64,000 nt of DNA from an uncultured Burkholderiales bacterium (GTDB lineage: Bacteria; Pseudomonadota; Gammaproteobacteria; Burkholderiales; Burkholderiaceae_C), in the NCBI GenBank assembly GCA_903856995.1, contig CAIODK010000042.1, forward strand, positions 10,259 to 74,258, read 5' to 3'. Below, piece by piece: positions 28,144 to 38,025 of this stretch. The translations under genes and the position numbers were made by a program. Each line of letters starts with the position of its first letter. Position 1 is the first letter of the stretch. Below the pieces are notes generated by a model. The model was given only the letters and a program-made list of their open reading frames with translations, had not been told where the DNA came from and did not search any database.

Positions 28144-28962
28144 ATGACCTCCAACACTACGCCATTGTCAAAACACGTTGTCGCCATCACCGGTGCCGCC
28201 GACGGCATTGGCTGGGCTACTGCACAACTCTTTGCCGCTCGCGGCTGGCAGGTTGCTTTACTCGATATCGATGGACGCCTAGCCAACGAACGCGCGAACA
28301 CATTGGGCCATCATCACATCGGCCTGTCATGCGATGTGACGGATGAAGGACAAGTGCTCAATGCAATCGCCCAAGTGATTGCGCAGCTAGGTCGCCTCGA
28401 CGCCTTGGTGAATAACGCGGGCATTGGTGACCAAACAACACCCACCCTCCTACAAACAGTCGAAGCATTCGATCGCGTTTTGTCTGTGCATTTACGCGGC
28501 GCCTTCTTGATGACACAAGCCGCACTTGCGCACATGCAAACCCAGGGCCGCGATGCCAAAGGTAACCGCGGATCGATCGTCAATATCGGCTCCATCGCCA
28601 GCACTGGCGGCATTCCTGGACGCAACGCCTACAGCGCAGCCAAAGCAGGAGTTCTAGGAATGACACGCGCACTCGCCACCGAGTGGGCGCGCAAAGGCAT
28701 CCGTGTGAATGCCGTGGCACCAGGCTATGTCGCAACCGCCTTGGTTGCAGAACTGGCAGAAAAAGGGGCCATCAACGCGCCTGCCATCATGCAACGGACC
28801 CCCATGGGCCGCATGGCCGAGCCATCCGAAATTGCAGAAAGTATTTTCTTCTTAGCCTCCCCCGCCTCCAGTTATGTGACCGGCGCCACATTGGCAGTGG
28901 ATGGTGGGTGGAGTGTGTTGGGCGCGCCAGACATAGCGCTCGGCGACATCGAACATGCATGA
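28144..28962 (+). CDS. SDR oxidoreductase
   Basis: TGAADGIG, NNAGI, YSAAK, VDGG motifs. Confidence 0.9.
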   Translation: MTSNTTPLSKHVVAITGAADGIGWATAQLFAARGWQVALLDIDGRLANERANTLGHHHIGLSCDVTDEGQVLNAIAQVIAQLGRLDALVNNAGIGDQTTPTLLQTVEAFDRVLSVHLRGAFLMTQAALAHMQTQGRDAKGNRGSIVNIGSIASTGGIPGRNAYSAAKAGVLGMTRALATEWARKGIRVNAVAPGYVATALVAELAEKGAINAPAIMQRTPMGRMAEPSEIAESIFFLASPASSYVTGATLAVDGGWSVLGAPDIALGDIEHA

Positions 28963-28992
28963 GCAACTCAAACAAACACACAGGAAAACACC

Positions 28993-29844
28993 ATGTTGAC
29001 CATCAATCTTTTTAATGGGTTTGTTTATGGCTCATTGCTCATCATCATGTGCTCGGGCCTTGCTCTGATTTACGGGCTTCGTCGGGTGGTGAACTTTGCC
29101 CATGGCTCTTTCTACATGCTGGGCGCCTACCTCGGCTACACCGTGGCGATGCAAAGCAACTTTTGGGTCGCCTTGATCGTCGCCCCAGCGTTGATGGCCA
29201 TCTTGGGCGTGTTGCTAGACCGCTACGGCTTTCGACTTCTACAAGACCGTGACCCCTTAACCGTGGTGCTGGTCACGTTCGGCTTACTGCTGGTGATTGA
29301 AGACATGGTGCAATCAGTATGGGGCAAGAGCAACCTGTCTGTTGCAGCCCCCGAGGCCTTGAACTTCTCAGTCGATTTATTTGGCACCCCAGTACCCGCT
29401 TACCGCATCGGCGTCATCGTGATGGGGGCCACTGTGGCGCTTGGCTTGAGTCTATGGCTGCGCTATTCAAAAATCGGTTTGTTTGTTCGTGCCGCCAGTA
29501 CCGACCCCATCACCACAGCCATGCAAGGCGTCAACACAGACGCGTTAAGCGCAGCAGTCGTTGGCCTAGGAACTGCTTTGGCGGGCTTAGCAGGCGTGGT
29601 ATCCGCGCCTTTCTTGTCACTCTCACCCTCCATGAGCTCAGATGTATTGATTGACTCATTTGTGGTGGTGGTCATTGGCGGACTGGGCTCACTCGCAGGC
29701 GCCTTCATCGCAGCCTTGCTCCTTGGCATGGTGCAGGCCATTGGTGCCGTGTATTTGCCAGATGCCTCAGTGTTGCTGCCCTTTGTTTTCATGGTGGCCA
29801 TCTTGATTTGGAAACCGGCAGGGTTTGCGGGTAGCCGCACCTAA
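28993..29844 (+). CDS. livH: Liv-type (HAAT) ABC transporter permease
   Basis: GLALIYGLRRVVNFAHG, VVIGGLGS motifs; hydrophobic. Confidence 0.88.
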   Translation: MLTINLFNGFVYGSLLIIMCSGLALIYGLRRVVNFAHGSFYMLGAYLGYTVAMQSNFWVALIVAPALMAILGVLLDRYGFRLLQDRDPLTVVLVTFGLLLVIEDMVQSVWGKSNLSVAAPEALNFSVDLFGTPVPAYRIGVIVMGATVALGLSLWLRYSKIGLFVRAASTDPITTAMQGVNTDALSAAVVGLGTALAGLAGVVSAPFLSLSPSMSSDVLIDSFVVVVIGGLGSLAGAFIAALLLGMVQAIGAVYLPDASVLLPFVFMVAILIWKPAGFAGSRT

Positions 29845-29863
29845 TTTGAAGTGAGTATTTAAT

Positions 29864-30844
29864 ATGAGTCCACTACGCGCTATTCTTATTTCTGTCGCCG
29901 CCCTGCTCGCAGGTGTGGGCGTGGTCACAGTTGTCAGTTCCAACACAGTGTTGTCACTGCTCACACAAGCCGTTGTGTACGCTGTCTTTGCCTTGGGCAT
30001 CGGTGTGTTGCTTAAGCAAAATGGTTTGGTGAGTTTTGGCCACGCGCTGTACTTTGGTGCATCAGGCTATGCCATCGGCATCACCCTGCAACTACAAATC
30101 ATGCCCGTCGAGTGGGCCATCCTGGCCACGTTGGCAGGCATCGGCATTGCAGCTTTCGTGATTGGCCTGATCATTGTGCGCGTGCCCGGAATTGCGTTTG
30201 GCATGCTGACCTTGGCGATTGGTCAGATGTTCTATTTATCGGTTTCTCGCGCACGTGGCGTGACCGGTGGTGCCGATGGGATGCAAGTCGATTGGCCTGC
30301 CACCATTTTTGGATTTAGCCAGTCGTCCATCCTTAAACCAGCCGTGATGTTTTTGATTTGTTGGTGCACTTTGGTAGTCGTGATGCTCTTGCTGTCCTTG
30401 TTGTTAAACACGCGTTTGGGCGCCATCACTGAGGCCGTGCGCGACAACGAGGAACGCGCTCGCTTCATCGGCATCTCTACGGTCATGCCGCGCGCTGCTA
30501 TTTATGCCCTGTCTGCAGTCGTCACTGCGTTGGCCGGCATGTTGTCCACCCTGAATACCGGCTTTGTATCTCCCGAGAACTTGCACTGGAGTTTGTCCGG
30601 AATGGCGCTGATGATGGTTGTCGTTGGCGGCTTCAAAGCCTTGTGGGGGCCTGCATTGGGTGCCGTGGTTTATTTCATCTTCAAAGACGTGGTGGGCGAC
30701 TACGCCACCCACTGGATGTCAATTTTTGGTGTGGCCTTGATTGCCGTCATCGTTTTCTCACCCACAGGGATCGCTGGGGCCTTGCAAGCCCTCTGGCGCA
30801 GCAAACCTGCTGCTGGTTCACGCGCCAAAGCAGGCGTGCATTGA
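29864..30844 (+). CDS. livM: Liv-type ABC transporter permease
   Basis: GLVSFGHA, AVRDNEERA, VVGG motifs; hydrophobic. Confidence 0.88.
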   Translation: MSPLRAILISVAALLAGVGVVTVVSSNTVLSLLTQAVVYAVFALGIGVLLKQNGLVSFGHALYFGASGYAIGITLQLQIMPVEWAILATLAGIGIAAFVIGLIIVRVPGIAFGMLTLAIGQMFYLSVSRARGVTGGADGMQVDWPATIFGFSQSSILKPAVMFLICWCTLVVVMLLLSLLLNTRLGAITEAVRDNEERARFIGISTVMPRAAIYALSAVVTALAGMLSTLNTGFVSPENLHWSLSGMALMMVVVGGFKALWGPALGAVVYFIFKDVVGDYATHWMSIFGVALIAVIVFSPTGIAGALQALWRSKPAAGSRAKAGVH

Positions 30845-30869
30845 ACAACGCACAGACTCGGAGCACCCT

Positions 30870-31598
30870 ATGAAAAATTCCCCTACTTATGTATTGCAGG
30901 CCGAAGACGTGGCCATCCACTACGGCGGCGTTAAAGCTGTAGACGGCGTGTCTCTGACTTTGGAAAAAGGTCAGATTCGTGGTTTGATCGGCCCCAACGG
31001 CGCCGGCAAATCCACCGTGATTGATGCAATCACCGGACGACGCCGATTGACCCGCGGCAAGGTCACGTTAGGTGGCGTTGATGTCAGCGAGATGGGCGTC
31101 GTCGAGCGTCGCATGCTTGGCTTGTCACGCAGCTTCCAACGCACCAGTATTTTTGGAGGCATGCCTGTTCGCAAACAAATTGAATTGGCATCGCACAAGA
31201 TGGGCGTTCAGGACTCAGATGCCGATGCCGATGCGGTGCTGAAGGAGCTTGAACTTTTGCCGATGGCCAACGTGATGGCGGAAGATTTAGGCTACGGTGA
31301 ACAACGCCGCCTCGATTTGGCGCTGGCCTTGGTTGGTCGCCCGAGTGTGCTGTTGCTCGATGAACCGATGGCTGGTTTGTCCGTTAAAGAGTCGCATGAT
31401 TTGGCGCAACATTTGAAATCTCTCACCTCACGTTGGGACGTCTCCGTTCTCTTGGTCGAGCACGACATGGACGTGGTGTTTGGCATCTCCGATGCGGTGA
31501 CCGTTTTTGAACTGGGTCGCATCATCGCCAGCGGCACCCCCGCGGCCGTGCGTGCTGACCCTCGGGTACGCGAAGCTTATTTAGGGAGCGCCGCATGA
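30870..31598 (+). CDS. livG: Liv-type ABC transporter ATP-binding protein
   Basis: GPNGAGKS, RSFQ, LLLDEP, VEHDM motifs; start MKNSP. Confidence 0.88.
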   Translation: MKNSPTYVLQAEDVAIHYGGVKAVDGVSLTLEKGQIRGLIGPNGAGKSTVIDAITGRRRLTRGKVTLGGVDVSEMGVVERRMLGLSRSFQRTSIFGGMPVRKQIELASHKMGVQDSDADADAVLKELELLPMANVMAEDLGYGEQRRLDLALALVGRPSVLLLDEPMAGLSVKESHDLAQHLKSLTSRWDVSVLLVEHDMDVVFGISDAVTVFELGRIIASGTPAAVRADPRVREAYLGSAA

Positions 31599-32299
31599 GT
31601 GCATTGTTGAACTTGAAGAACATCCACGCCTATTACGGCGCGGCGCACATCCTGCACGGCTTGGACTTGCATGTGAACCCCGGTGAAAGAGTGGCTTTGA
31701 TTGGTCGCAACGGCGTCGGAAAAACCACAGTGGTCAACACCATCCTAGGGCTAGCGGACCTCAAAAAGGGACACATCCATTTAGGCACGCATCAAATTAC
31801 CAGGCCACGCCCATACATCGCTGCACAGCACGGCATCGCTGTGGTGCCGCAAGGCCGCTGCATCATCGCCAACCTGACCGTGGAAGAAAACCTGTTGCTC
31901 GGCGCCGCTGTCGGCCGTAAGGGCCCATGGACCGTGCCAGAAATTTATAAACTCTTTCCCATCCTGCAAGAACGCGCCAACACGCCAGGTACTGCACTCT
32001 CTGGGGGGCAACAGCAAATGTTGGCCGTAGGTCGTGGACTGATGGCCAATCCGAATTTGATTTTGCTGGACGAACCCACCGAGGGGTTAGCCCCAGTCAT
32101 CGTGGACCAGCTCGCTGACATCTTCAACCGTGTTGCCGACCAAGGAACCGCTTTGCTGTTGATTGAGCAAAACATGAGTTTGGTCGCACGTGTGGCCCAC
32201 CGTTATTTAGCCATGGCCAAAGGTTCGGTTGTGGCACAAGGCGTGGTGACTAACTCGCCGGAAGGTCTCAAAGATTTAGAAAACCATGTGATGGTTTAA
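31595..32299 (+). CDS. livF: Liv-type ABC transporter ATP-binding protein
   Basis: GRNGVGKT, LSGGQQQ, LLDEPTEG, IEQN motifs. Confidence 0.88.
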   Translation: MSALLNLKNIHAYYGAAHILHGLDLHVNPGERVALIGRNGVGKTTVVNTILGLADLKKGHIHLGTHQITRPRPYIAAQHGIAVVPQGRCIIANLTVEENLLLGAAVGRKGPWTVPEIYKLFPILQERANTPGTALSGGQQQMLAVGRGLMANPNLILLDEPTEGLAPVIVDQLADIFNRVADQGTALLLIEQNMSLVARVAHRYLAMAKGSVVAQGVVTNSPEGLKDLENHVMV

Positions 32300-32368
32300 A
32301 ACCCTCAACCCAAGTTCCCATCGGCCGCCGGACCGATTCCGGCAATCCTTCATTCCTAGGAGACAAGC

Positions 32369-33556
32369 ATGCAACATAAAAAAATCTATCAACTGCTGGC
32401 CAGCGCAGCGCTGGTGACAGCCCTACCTTTGAGCGCTTTGGCGCAAGGCAAAGAACCCGTGAAAGTGGGTTTGGTGTCCTCCAAGTCAGGCGTCTTCGCT
32501 GAGCAAGGCGAAGAAGTCATGCGTGCAGTGAAATTCGCCATTGAAGAAGCCAACAGCAAAGGTGGCGTTGACGGCCGCAAAGTTGAAGTCGTCGAAGGCG
32601 ATGACGAAAGCACGCCAGACGCAGGTCGCCGAGTGGCTGAGAAAATGGCTCGCGATGGCTACAACTTGTTGATCGGCGCAGTCCCCTCATCTATCTCATT
32701 GACGATTGCCCAAAACTTAGAGCGCTGGGATGCGGCCTATTTCATTCAAGCCAGCAAGTCTGACAAGCTCACAGGTGACACCTGCAAGCCCCGCAGCTTC
32801 CGCACCAACCATTCAGACGCGATGGATATCGCCATGATTAACGAATGGACCAAGAAGATCAAAGGCAATAACTTTGCCGTCATCGCCGCCGACTACGTGT
32901 GGGGACGCGATTCTGGCGAATCGTTCAAGAAAGCCATGGAAGCTCAAGGCAAGAAAGTGCCGTTGACCTTGTATGTACCCATGGGAACCAAAGATTTTTC
33001 ACCTTACATCGCGCAACTTAAAGCCGCCAACGTGGACGGCATTTGGGTAGCTGAGATTGGGCGTGATGCCATGGCTTTCGTCAAGCAAGCCGGTGAGTTC
33101 AACCTGATCCCCAACACACCGCTGATTGGCCACGCACTGATTTCGAACTTCATCATCAACGCCACTGGCAAGAACCTTGAAAACGTTCCTGGCAACTCTG
33201 GCTACGCCGCTGACTTGAACAACCCTCGCAACAAAGAGTTCGTCGCCGCTTGGAAAGCCAAGTTCAACCGCGTGCCAACCGATGCTGAAGGACAAGCCTA
33301 CAACGGCGCACAAGTCATGTTTGATGGCGTTCGTCTGGCAAAAAGTGTGAAGCCAGAAGAAGTGAGTAAAGCTTTGCGTGGCGCAGAACTCAACACCATC
33401 TACGGCAAAGTCACCATGCGTGCGGCAGACAATCAATTGATGTTGCCTAACTACGTGGGTCGCGTGAAGATGGTCGACGGCGCCTTGCGCCCTGTGATTG
33501 AAGACACCTACCCAGCGTCTTTGACACCACCCCCCTCACCTTTGTGCAAAATGTGA
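32369..33556 (+). CDS. Liv-type ABC transporter substrate-binding protein, probably for an alicyclic/aromatic acid
   Basis: Signal peptide; GGVDGRKVEVVEGDDES, ADYVWG, DFSPY motifs. Confidence 0.88.
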   Translation: MQHKKIYQLLASAALVTALPLSALAQGKEPVKVGLVSSKSGVFAEQGEEVMRAVKFAIEEANSKGGVDGRKVEVVEGDDESTPDAGRRVAEKMARDGYNLLIGAVPSSISLTIAQNLERWDAAYFIQASKSDKLTGDTCKPRSFRTNHSDAMDIAMINEWTKKIKGNNFAVIAADYVWGRDSGESFKKAMEAQGKKVPLTLYVPMGTKDFSPYIAQLKAANVDGIWVAEIGRDAMAFVKQAGEFNLIPNTPLIGHALISNFIINATGKNLENVPGNSGYAADLNNPRNKEFVAAWKAKFNRVPTDAEGQAYNGAQVMFDGVRLAKSVKPEEVSKALRGAELNTIYGKVTMRAADNQLMLPNYVGRVKMVDGALRPVIEDTYPASLTPPPSPLCKM

Positions 33557-33577
33557 TCAGTGGCAATTAACTGACTC

Positions 33578-33611
33578 AAAAAGCCGCGATGCTCAGCATC
33601 GCGGCTTTTTT
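33578..33611 (+). terminator. Rho-independent terminator
   Basis: AAAAAGCCGCGATGCT-C-AGCATCGCGGCTTTTTT near-perfect inverted repeat with U tract. Confidence 0.85.
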
Positions 33612-33671
33612 GTTTTGAGGTTGGGGTCGCTACACTAGAGCCCTTCGTATTTTGACCCTCAAGGATTTGCC

Positions 33672-34022
33672 ATGAACACGACCCCTTCCGGCCTGCAATA
33701 CACCGACAACGTGGTGGGCGACGGCGCTGAAGCCGCAGCCGGTCAACACGTCACCGTGCATTACACAGGCTGGCTCTACAAAGATGGCGAGCAAGGCGCC
33801 AAGTTTGACTCCAGCCACGACCGCAATGACCCGTTTGATTTCCCTTTGGGTGCTGGCATGGTCATCAAAGGTTGGGATGAAGGCGTGCAAGGCATGAAAA
33901 TCGGTGGTCAACGCACCCTGATCATTCCCTCTGAGCTTGGCTACGGCGCACGCGGCGCGGGTGGTGCGATCCCCCCTAACGCCACGCTGAAGTTTGACGT
34001 CGAGTTGCTCGGCATCGAGTAA
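33672..34022 (+). CDS. FKBP-type peptidyl-prolyl cis-trans isomerase
   Basis: [36 protein letters not shown] motifs. Confidence 0.95.
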   Translation: MNTTPSGLQYTDNVVGDGAEAAAGQHVTVHYTGWLYKDGEQGAKFDSSHDRNDPFDFPLGAGMVIKGWDEGVQGMKIGGQRTLIIPSELGYGARGAGGAIPPNATLKFDVELLGIE

Positions 34023-34051
34023 CCACGCGGCGCAGCCCTTGGGCTGCCATC

Positions 34052-34078
34052 AAGCGGGGCTAGGCCCCGCTTTCTTTT
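34052..34078 (+). terminator. Rho-independent terminator after the FKBP gene
   Basis: AAGCGGGGC-TAG-GCCCCGCTT followed by TCTTTT. Confidence 0.7.
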
Positions 34079-34107
34079 GCCTCATTCAGTTTTTTTACAA
34101 AACCCCT

Positions 34108-34135
34108 CTTGAAATAGGGTCGAATGGCCTCAGCT
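34108..34135 (+). promoter_or_regulatory. Sigma-32 (RpoH) promoter of grpE
   Basis: CTTGAAA-N13-CCTCAGCT versus consensus CTTGAAA-N13/14-CCCCATNT. Confidence 0.65.
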
Positions 34136-34169
34136 TTGCTGAATATCCTTTTCACAAGCCCCACAAAGC

Positions 34170-34745
34170 ATGTCAGAACCTACCGAAAACCAAGATACCA
34201 CCGCAGCTCATTTGGCCGCCCACATGGCAGGCCAAGCGCCCGCCACAGAGGCCCCCGCTGAGCCAGCGACCCCGCTTGACCCATTGGCTTCGGCACAGGC
34301 CGAAATCGTCGCTTTGCAGGTCAAAGCGGTTGAGTTGCAAGACCAATACATACGTGGCCAAGCCGACGTTCAAAATGCACGACGCCGTGCAGACGACGAA
34401 GTGTCCAAAGCGCGTAAATTCGCGCTCGAGAGCTTTGCCGACAGCTTGCTGCCCGTGCTTGACAGCTTAGAAGCCGGCTTAGCTGTGCAAACCGCCACGC
34501 CTGAGCAAATACGCGAAGGTGCAGAAGCTACGCTGCGTCAACTCAAAAGCGCCTTGGAGCGCAACAAAGTGCTAGCCATCGACCCCGCCGCGGGTGCCAA
34601 GTTCGACCCAGCACAACACCAAGCTATCAGCGTGGTGCCTGCCGATCAAGAAGCCAACACCGTGGTCACAGTACTTCAAAAAGGTTACTTGATCGCTGAG
34701 CGCGTGCTTCGCCCTGCGTTGGTCACTGTGGCCGCCGCGAAATAA
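34170..34745 (+). CDS. grpE: Nucleotide exchange factor GrpE
   Basis: [42 protein letters not shown]; upstream of dnaK. Confidence 0.95.
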   Translation: MSEPTENQDTTAAHLAAHMAGQAPATEAPAEPATPLDPLASAQAEIVALQVKAVELQDQYIRGQADVQNARRRADDEVSKARKFALESFADSLLPVLDSLEAGLAVQTATPEQIREGAEATLRQLKSALERNKVLAIDPAAGAKFDPAQHQAISVVPADQEANTVVTVLQKGYLIAERVLRPALVTVAAAK

Positions 34746-34748
34746 ACA

Positions 34749-34776
34749 CTTGAAATTGGCAAAGTTATCCACAACT
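34749..34776 (+). promoter_or_regulatory. Sigma-32 promoter of dnaK, overlapped by a consensus DnaA box (TTATCCACA, 34765-34773)
   Basis: CTTGAAA-N13-CCACAACT. Confidence 0.6.
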
Positions 34777-34814
34777 AAGCCTCATCTGAATTTTTAAAAT
34801 TACTGGAGTTAGAC

Positions 34815-36737
34815 ATGGGAAGAATCATCGGTATTGACTTGGGAACCACCAACTCGTGCGTGGCCATCATGGAAGGCAACACGACCAAAGTGATCGAGAA
34901 CGCCGAAGGCGCTCGCACCACACCGTCGATCATTGCGTATCAAGAAGACGGTGAAATCTTGGTCGGTGCATCCGCCAAGCGTCAAGCTGTCACCAACCCA
35001 CGCAACACCTTGTATGCGGTGAAGCGCTTGATCGGTCGCAAGTTCAGCGAAAAAGAAGTTCAAAAAGACATCGACTTGATGCCCTACACCATTGCCAAAG
35101 CCGACAACGGCGATGCTTGGGTGGAAGTGCGCGGCAACAAGTTGGCTCCTCCTCAAATCAGCGCTGAAATTCTGCGCAAGATGAAGAAAACCGCCGAAGA
35201 CTACCTCGGCGAAGAAGTGACAGAAGCGGTCATTACTGTGCCTGCCTACTTCAACGACGCACAACGTCAAGCCACCAAAGATGCAGGTCGCATCGCTGGT
35301 TTGGATGTCAAGCGCATCATCAACGAACCCACAGCTGCTGCGTTGGCCTTCGGTTTGGACAAAACCGACAAGGGCGATCGCAAGATTGCAGTGTATGACT
35401 TGGGTGGCGGTACGTTCGACGTGTCGATCATCGAAATCGCGGACGTCGATGGCGAGAAACAATTCGAAGTGCTATCCACCAACGGCGACACGTTCTTGGG
35501 CGGCGAAGACTTCGACCAACGCATCATCGAATTCATCATCTCCGAGTTCAAGAAAGAATCCGGCGTTGATTTGTCCAAAGACGTGTTGGCCTTGCAGCGC
35601 CTGAAAGAAGCCGCTGAAAAAGCCAAAATCGAGTTGTCATCGGCCACGTCGACCGACATCAACTTGCCCTACATCACTGCGGATGCCTCCGGCCCTAAGC
35701 ACTTGAGCATCAAACTCAACCGTGCCAAGTTGGAGCAACTGGTGGAAGAGTTGGTTGAGCGCACCATCGCCCCTTGCCGTTTGGCCATCAAAGATGCGGG
35801 CGTGTCTGTGAGCGACATCGACGACGTGATCTTGGTGGGTGGCATGAGCCGCATGCCTAAGGTGCAAGAAAAGGTCAAAGAGTTCTTTGGTCAAGAGCCT
35901 CGCCGTGACGTCAACCCTGACGAAGCCGTGGCCGTGGGCGCCGCGATTCAAGGTCAAGTTCTGTCAGGCGACCGCACCGACGTGTTGTTGCTCGACGTGA
36001 CGCCCCTGTCTTTGGGCATTGAAACCTTGGGCGGCGTGATGACCAAAATGATCACCAAGAACACGACCATCCCAACCAAGTTTGCGCAAACGTTCTCCAC
36101 CGCTGACGACAACCAACCCGCCGTGACCATCAAGGTCTTCCAAGGCGAGCGTGAAATTGCCAGCGGCAACAAGAGTTTGGGTGAGTTCAACCTTGAAGGC
36201 ATTGCACCTGCGGCACGTGGCACGCCACAAATTGAAGTGTCGTTTGACATTGACGCCAACGGCATCTTGCACGTGGGCGCCAAAGACAAAGCCACCGGCA
36301 AGGAAAATAAAATCACCATCAAGGCCAACTCTGGTTTGTCAGAAGATGAGATTCAACAAATGGTGAAAGACGCCGAGTTGAATGCCACCGAAGACAAGAA
36401 GAAATTGGAAATCGTGCAGTCACGTAACCAAGCGGATGCCGCGGTTCACAGCGTGAAGAAGAGCTTGGTCGAGCACGGTGACAAACTCGATGCAGCCGAA
36501 AAAGAAACCATCGAAGCAGCGATCAAGGAAGTCGAAGAAGCATTGAAAGGCGAAGACAAAGCCGACATCGATGCCAAAACTGAAACTTTGATGACCGCCT
36601 CGCAAAAGCTGGGTGAAAAGGTCTACGCTGACATGCAAGCTGCGCAAGCCGCAGGCGGCGCAGCTGCCGGCAGCGATGCAAAGCCAGCCGACGACAACGT
36701 GGTCGACGCTGAAGTGAAAGAAGTCAAAAAAGGTTAA
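34815..36737 (+). CDS. dnaK: Chaperone DnaK (Hsp70)
   Basis: [25 protein letters not shown] motifs. Confidence 0.99.
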   Translation: MGRIIGIDLGTTNSCVAIMEGNTTKVIENAEGARTTPSIIAYQEDGEILVGASAKRQAVTNPRNTLYAVKRLIGRKFSEKEVQKDIDLMPYTIAKADNGDAWVEVRGNKLAPPQISAEILRKMKKTAEDYLGEEVTEAVITVPAYFNDAQRQATKDAGRIAGLDVKRIINEPTAAALAFGLDKTDKGDRKIAVYDLGGGTFDVSIIEIADVDGEKQFEVLSTNGDTFLGGEDFDQRIIEFIISEFKKESGVDLSKDVLALQRLKEAAEKAKIELSSATSTDINLPYITADASGPKHLSIKLNRAKLEQLVEELVERTIAPCRLAIKDAGVSVSDIDDVILVGGMSRMPKVQEKVKEFFGQEPRRDVNPDEAVAVGAAIQGQVLSGDRTDVLLLDVTPLSLGIETLGGVMTKMITKNTTIPTKFAQTFSTADDNQPAVTIKVFQGEREIASGNKSLGEFNLEGIAPAARGTPQIEVSFDIDANGILHVGAKDKATGKENKITIKANSGLSEDEIQQMVKDAELNATEDKKKLEIVQSRNQADAAVHSVKKSLVEHGDKLDAAEKETIEAAIKEVEEALKGEDKADIDAKTETLMTASQKLGEKVYADMQAAQAAGGAAAGSDAKPADDNVVDAEVKEVKKG

Positions 36738-36839
36738 ACCTTTTTCAACTTTCTGAGTCGAACTCGCCGCGTTTCGCCTGAAAAGGTGGACACGCGGCGA
36801 AGTCGTTAAACAAGCCCCAAAAAAACGGCAACGCCCATC

Positions 36840-37982
36840 ATGTCCAAACGCGATTTTTATGAAGTCCTCGGCCTCTCCAAAGGTGCGAGCGACGAAGAGA
36901 TCAAAAAGGCTTATCGCAAACTCGCGATGAAGCACCACCCCGACCGCAACCAAGGCAGCAACGCCAAGGCGTCTGAATCACAGTTCAAAGAGGTCAAAGA
37001 GGCCTATGAAATGTTGTCCGACGCAGAAAAGCGTGCGGCCTACGATCAATACGGCCATGCAGGCGTCGACCCCAATATGCGCGGTGGCCCTGGTGGTCCT
37101 GGCGGATTTGGCGGCGCGGGCTTTGGTGAAGCCTTTGGCGATATCTTCGGTGACATCTTTGGTCAACAGCGTCGTGGTGGCGGAGGTGGCCGCCAGGTCT
37201 ACCGTGGCGGTGATTTGAGTTACGCCATGGAAATCACATTGGAAGAAGCTGCCAACGGCAAGGAAGCCCAGCTTAAGATTCCAGGGTGGGACGAGTGCGA
37301 AACCTGTGATGGCACAGGGGCCAAACCCGGCACATCCGTCAAAACCTGCACCACCTGCCACGGCAGCGGTCAGGTGCAAATGCGTCAAGGCTTTTTCAGT
37401 GTGCAACAAACCTGTCCACACTGCCGAGGCTCTGGCAAGATCATTCCCGAACCGTGCAATATGTGTCACGGCCAAGGCAAGATCAAGAAACAAAAAACGC
37501 TGGAAGTCAAAATCCCAGCCGGCATCGACGACGGCATGCGCATTCGCAGCACCGGCAACGGTGAGCCCGGAACCAATGGTGGGCCTCCTGGTGATTTGTT
37601 CATAGAAATTCGCGTCAAAAAGCACGATATCTTTGAACGCGATGGTGACGACCTGCACTGCTCTGTGCCGATCAGCTTCACCACCGCTGCCTTGGGTGGC
37701 GAGATCAGCGTGCCTACGCTGGCAGGAGAAGCGGCGATCGACATCCCTGAGGGCACCCAACACGACAAGCAGTTCCGCTTGCGTGGCAAAGGACTGAAGG
37801 GCATTCGCTCCAGCTTCCCTGGGGATTTGTATTGCCATATCGCGGTGGAAACACCCGTCAAGCTCACGGAACACCAGCGCAAACTTCTCAAAGAGTTGGA
37901 TGAGTCGTTGAAAAAAGGTGGTGCCAAACATTCACCCGCTGAAGGTGGTTGGGCTGATAAGTTGAAACGCTTTTTCAACTAA
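36840..37982 (+). CDS. dnaJ: Chaperone DnaJ
   Basis: HPD motif, G/F-rich region, four CxxCxGxG repeats. Confidence 0.98.
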   Translation: MSKRDFYEVLGLSKGASDEEIKKAYRKLAMKHHPDRNQGSNAKASESQFKEVKEAYEMLSDAEKRAAYDQYGHAGVDPNMRGGPGGPGGFGGAGFGEAFGDIFGDIFGQQRRGGGGGRQVYRGGDLSYAMEITLEEAANGKEAQLKIPGWDECETCDGTGAKPGTSVKTCTTCHGSGQVQMRQGFFSVQQTCPHCRGSGKIIPEPCNMCHGQGKIKKQKTLEVKIPAGIDDGMRIRSTGNGEPGTNGGPPGDLFIEIRVKKHDIFERDGDDLHCSVPISFTTAALGGEISVPTLAGEAAIDIPEGTQHDKQFRLRGKGLKGIRSSFPGDLYCHIAVETPVKLTEHQRKLLKELDESLKKGGAKHSPAEGGWADKLKRFFN

Positions 37983-38025
37983 GCCAACACCACGTATCTT
38001 CATCTAAAGGGGGGATACTCCGCCT

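Noticed and set aside
34809-36953. Long antisense ORFs over dnaK, resembling the so-called NAD-specific glutamate dehydrogenase ORF
   Set aside because: Known antisense artefact of Hsp70 codon bias; fragmented by stops here.
36978-37931. 317-aa ORF antisense to dnaJ
   Set aside because: Shadow ORF fully overlapping a conserved gene, with no recognisable motifs.
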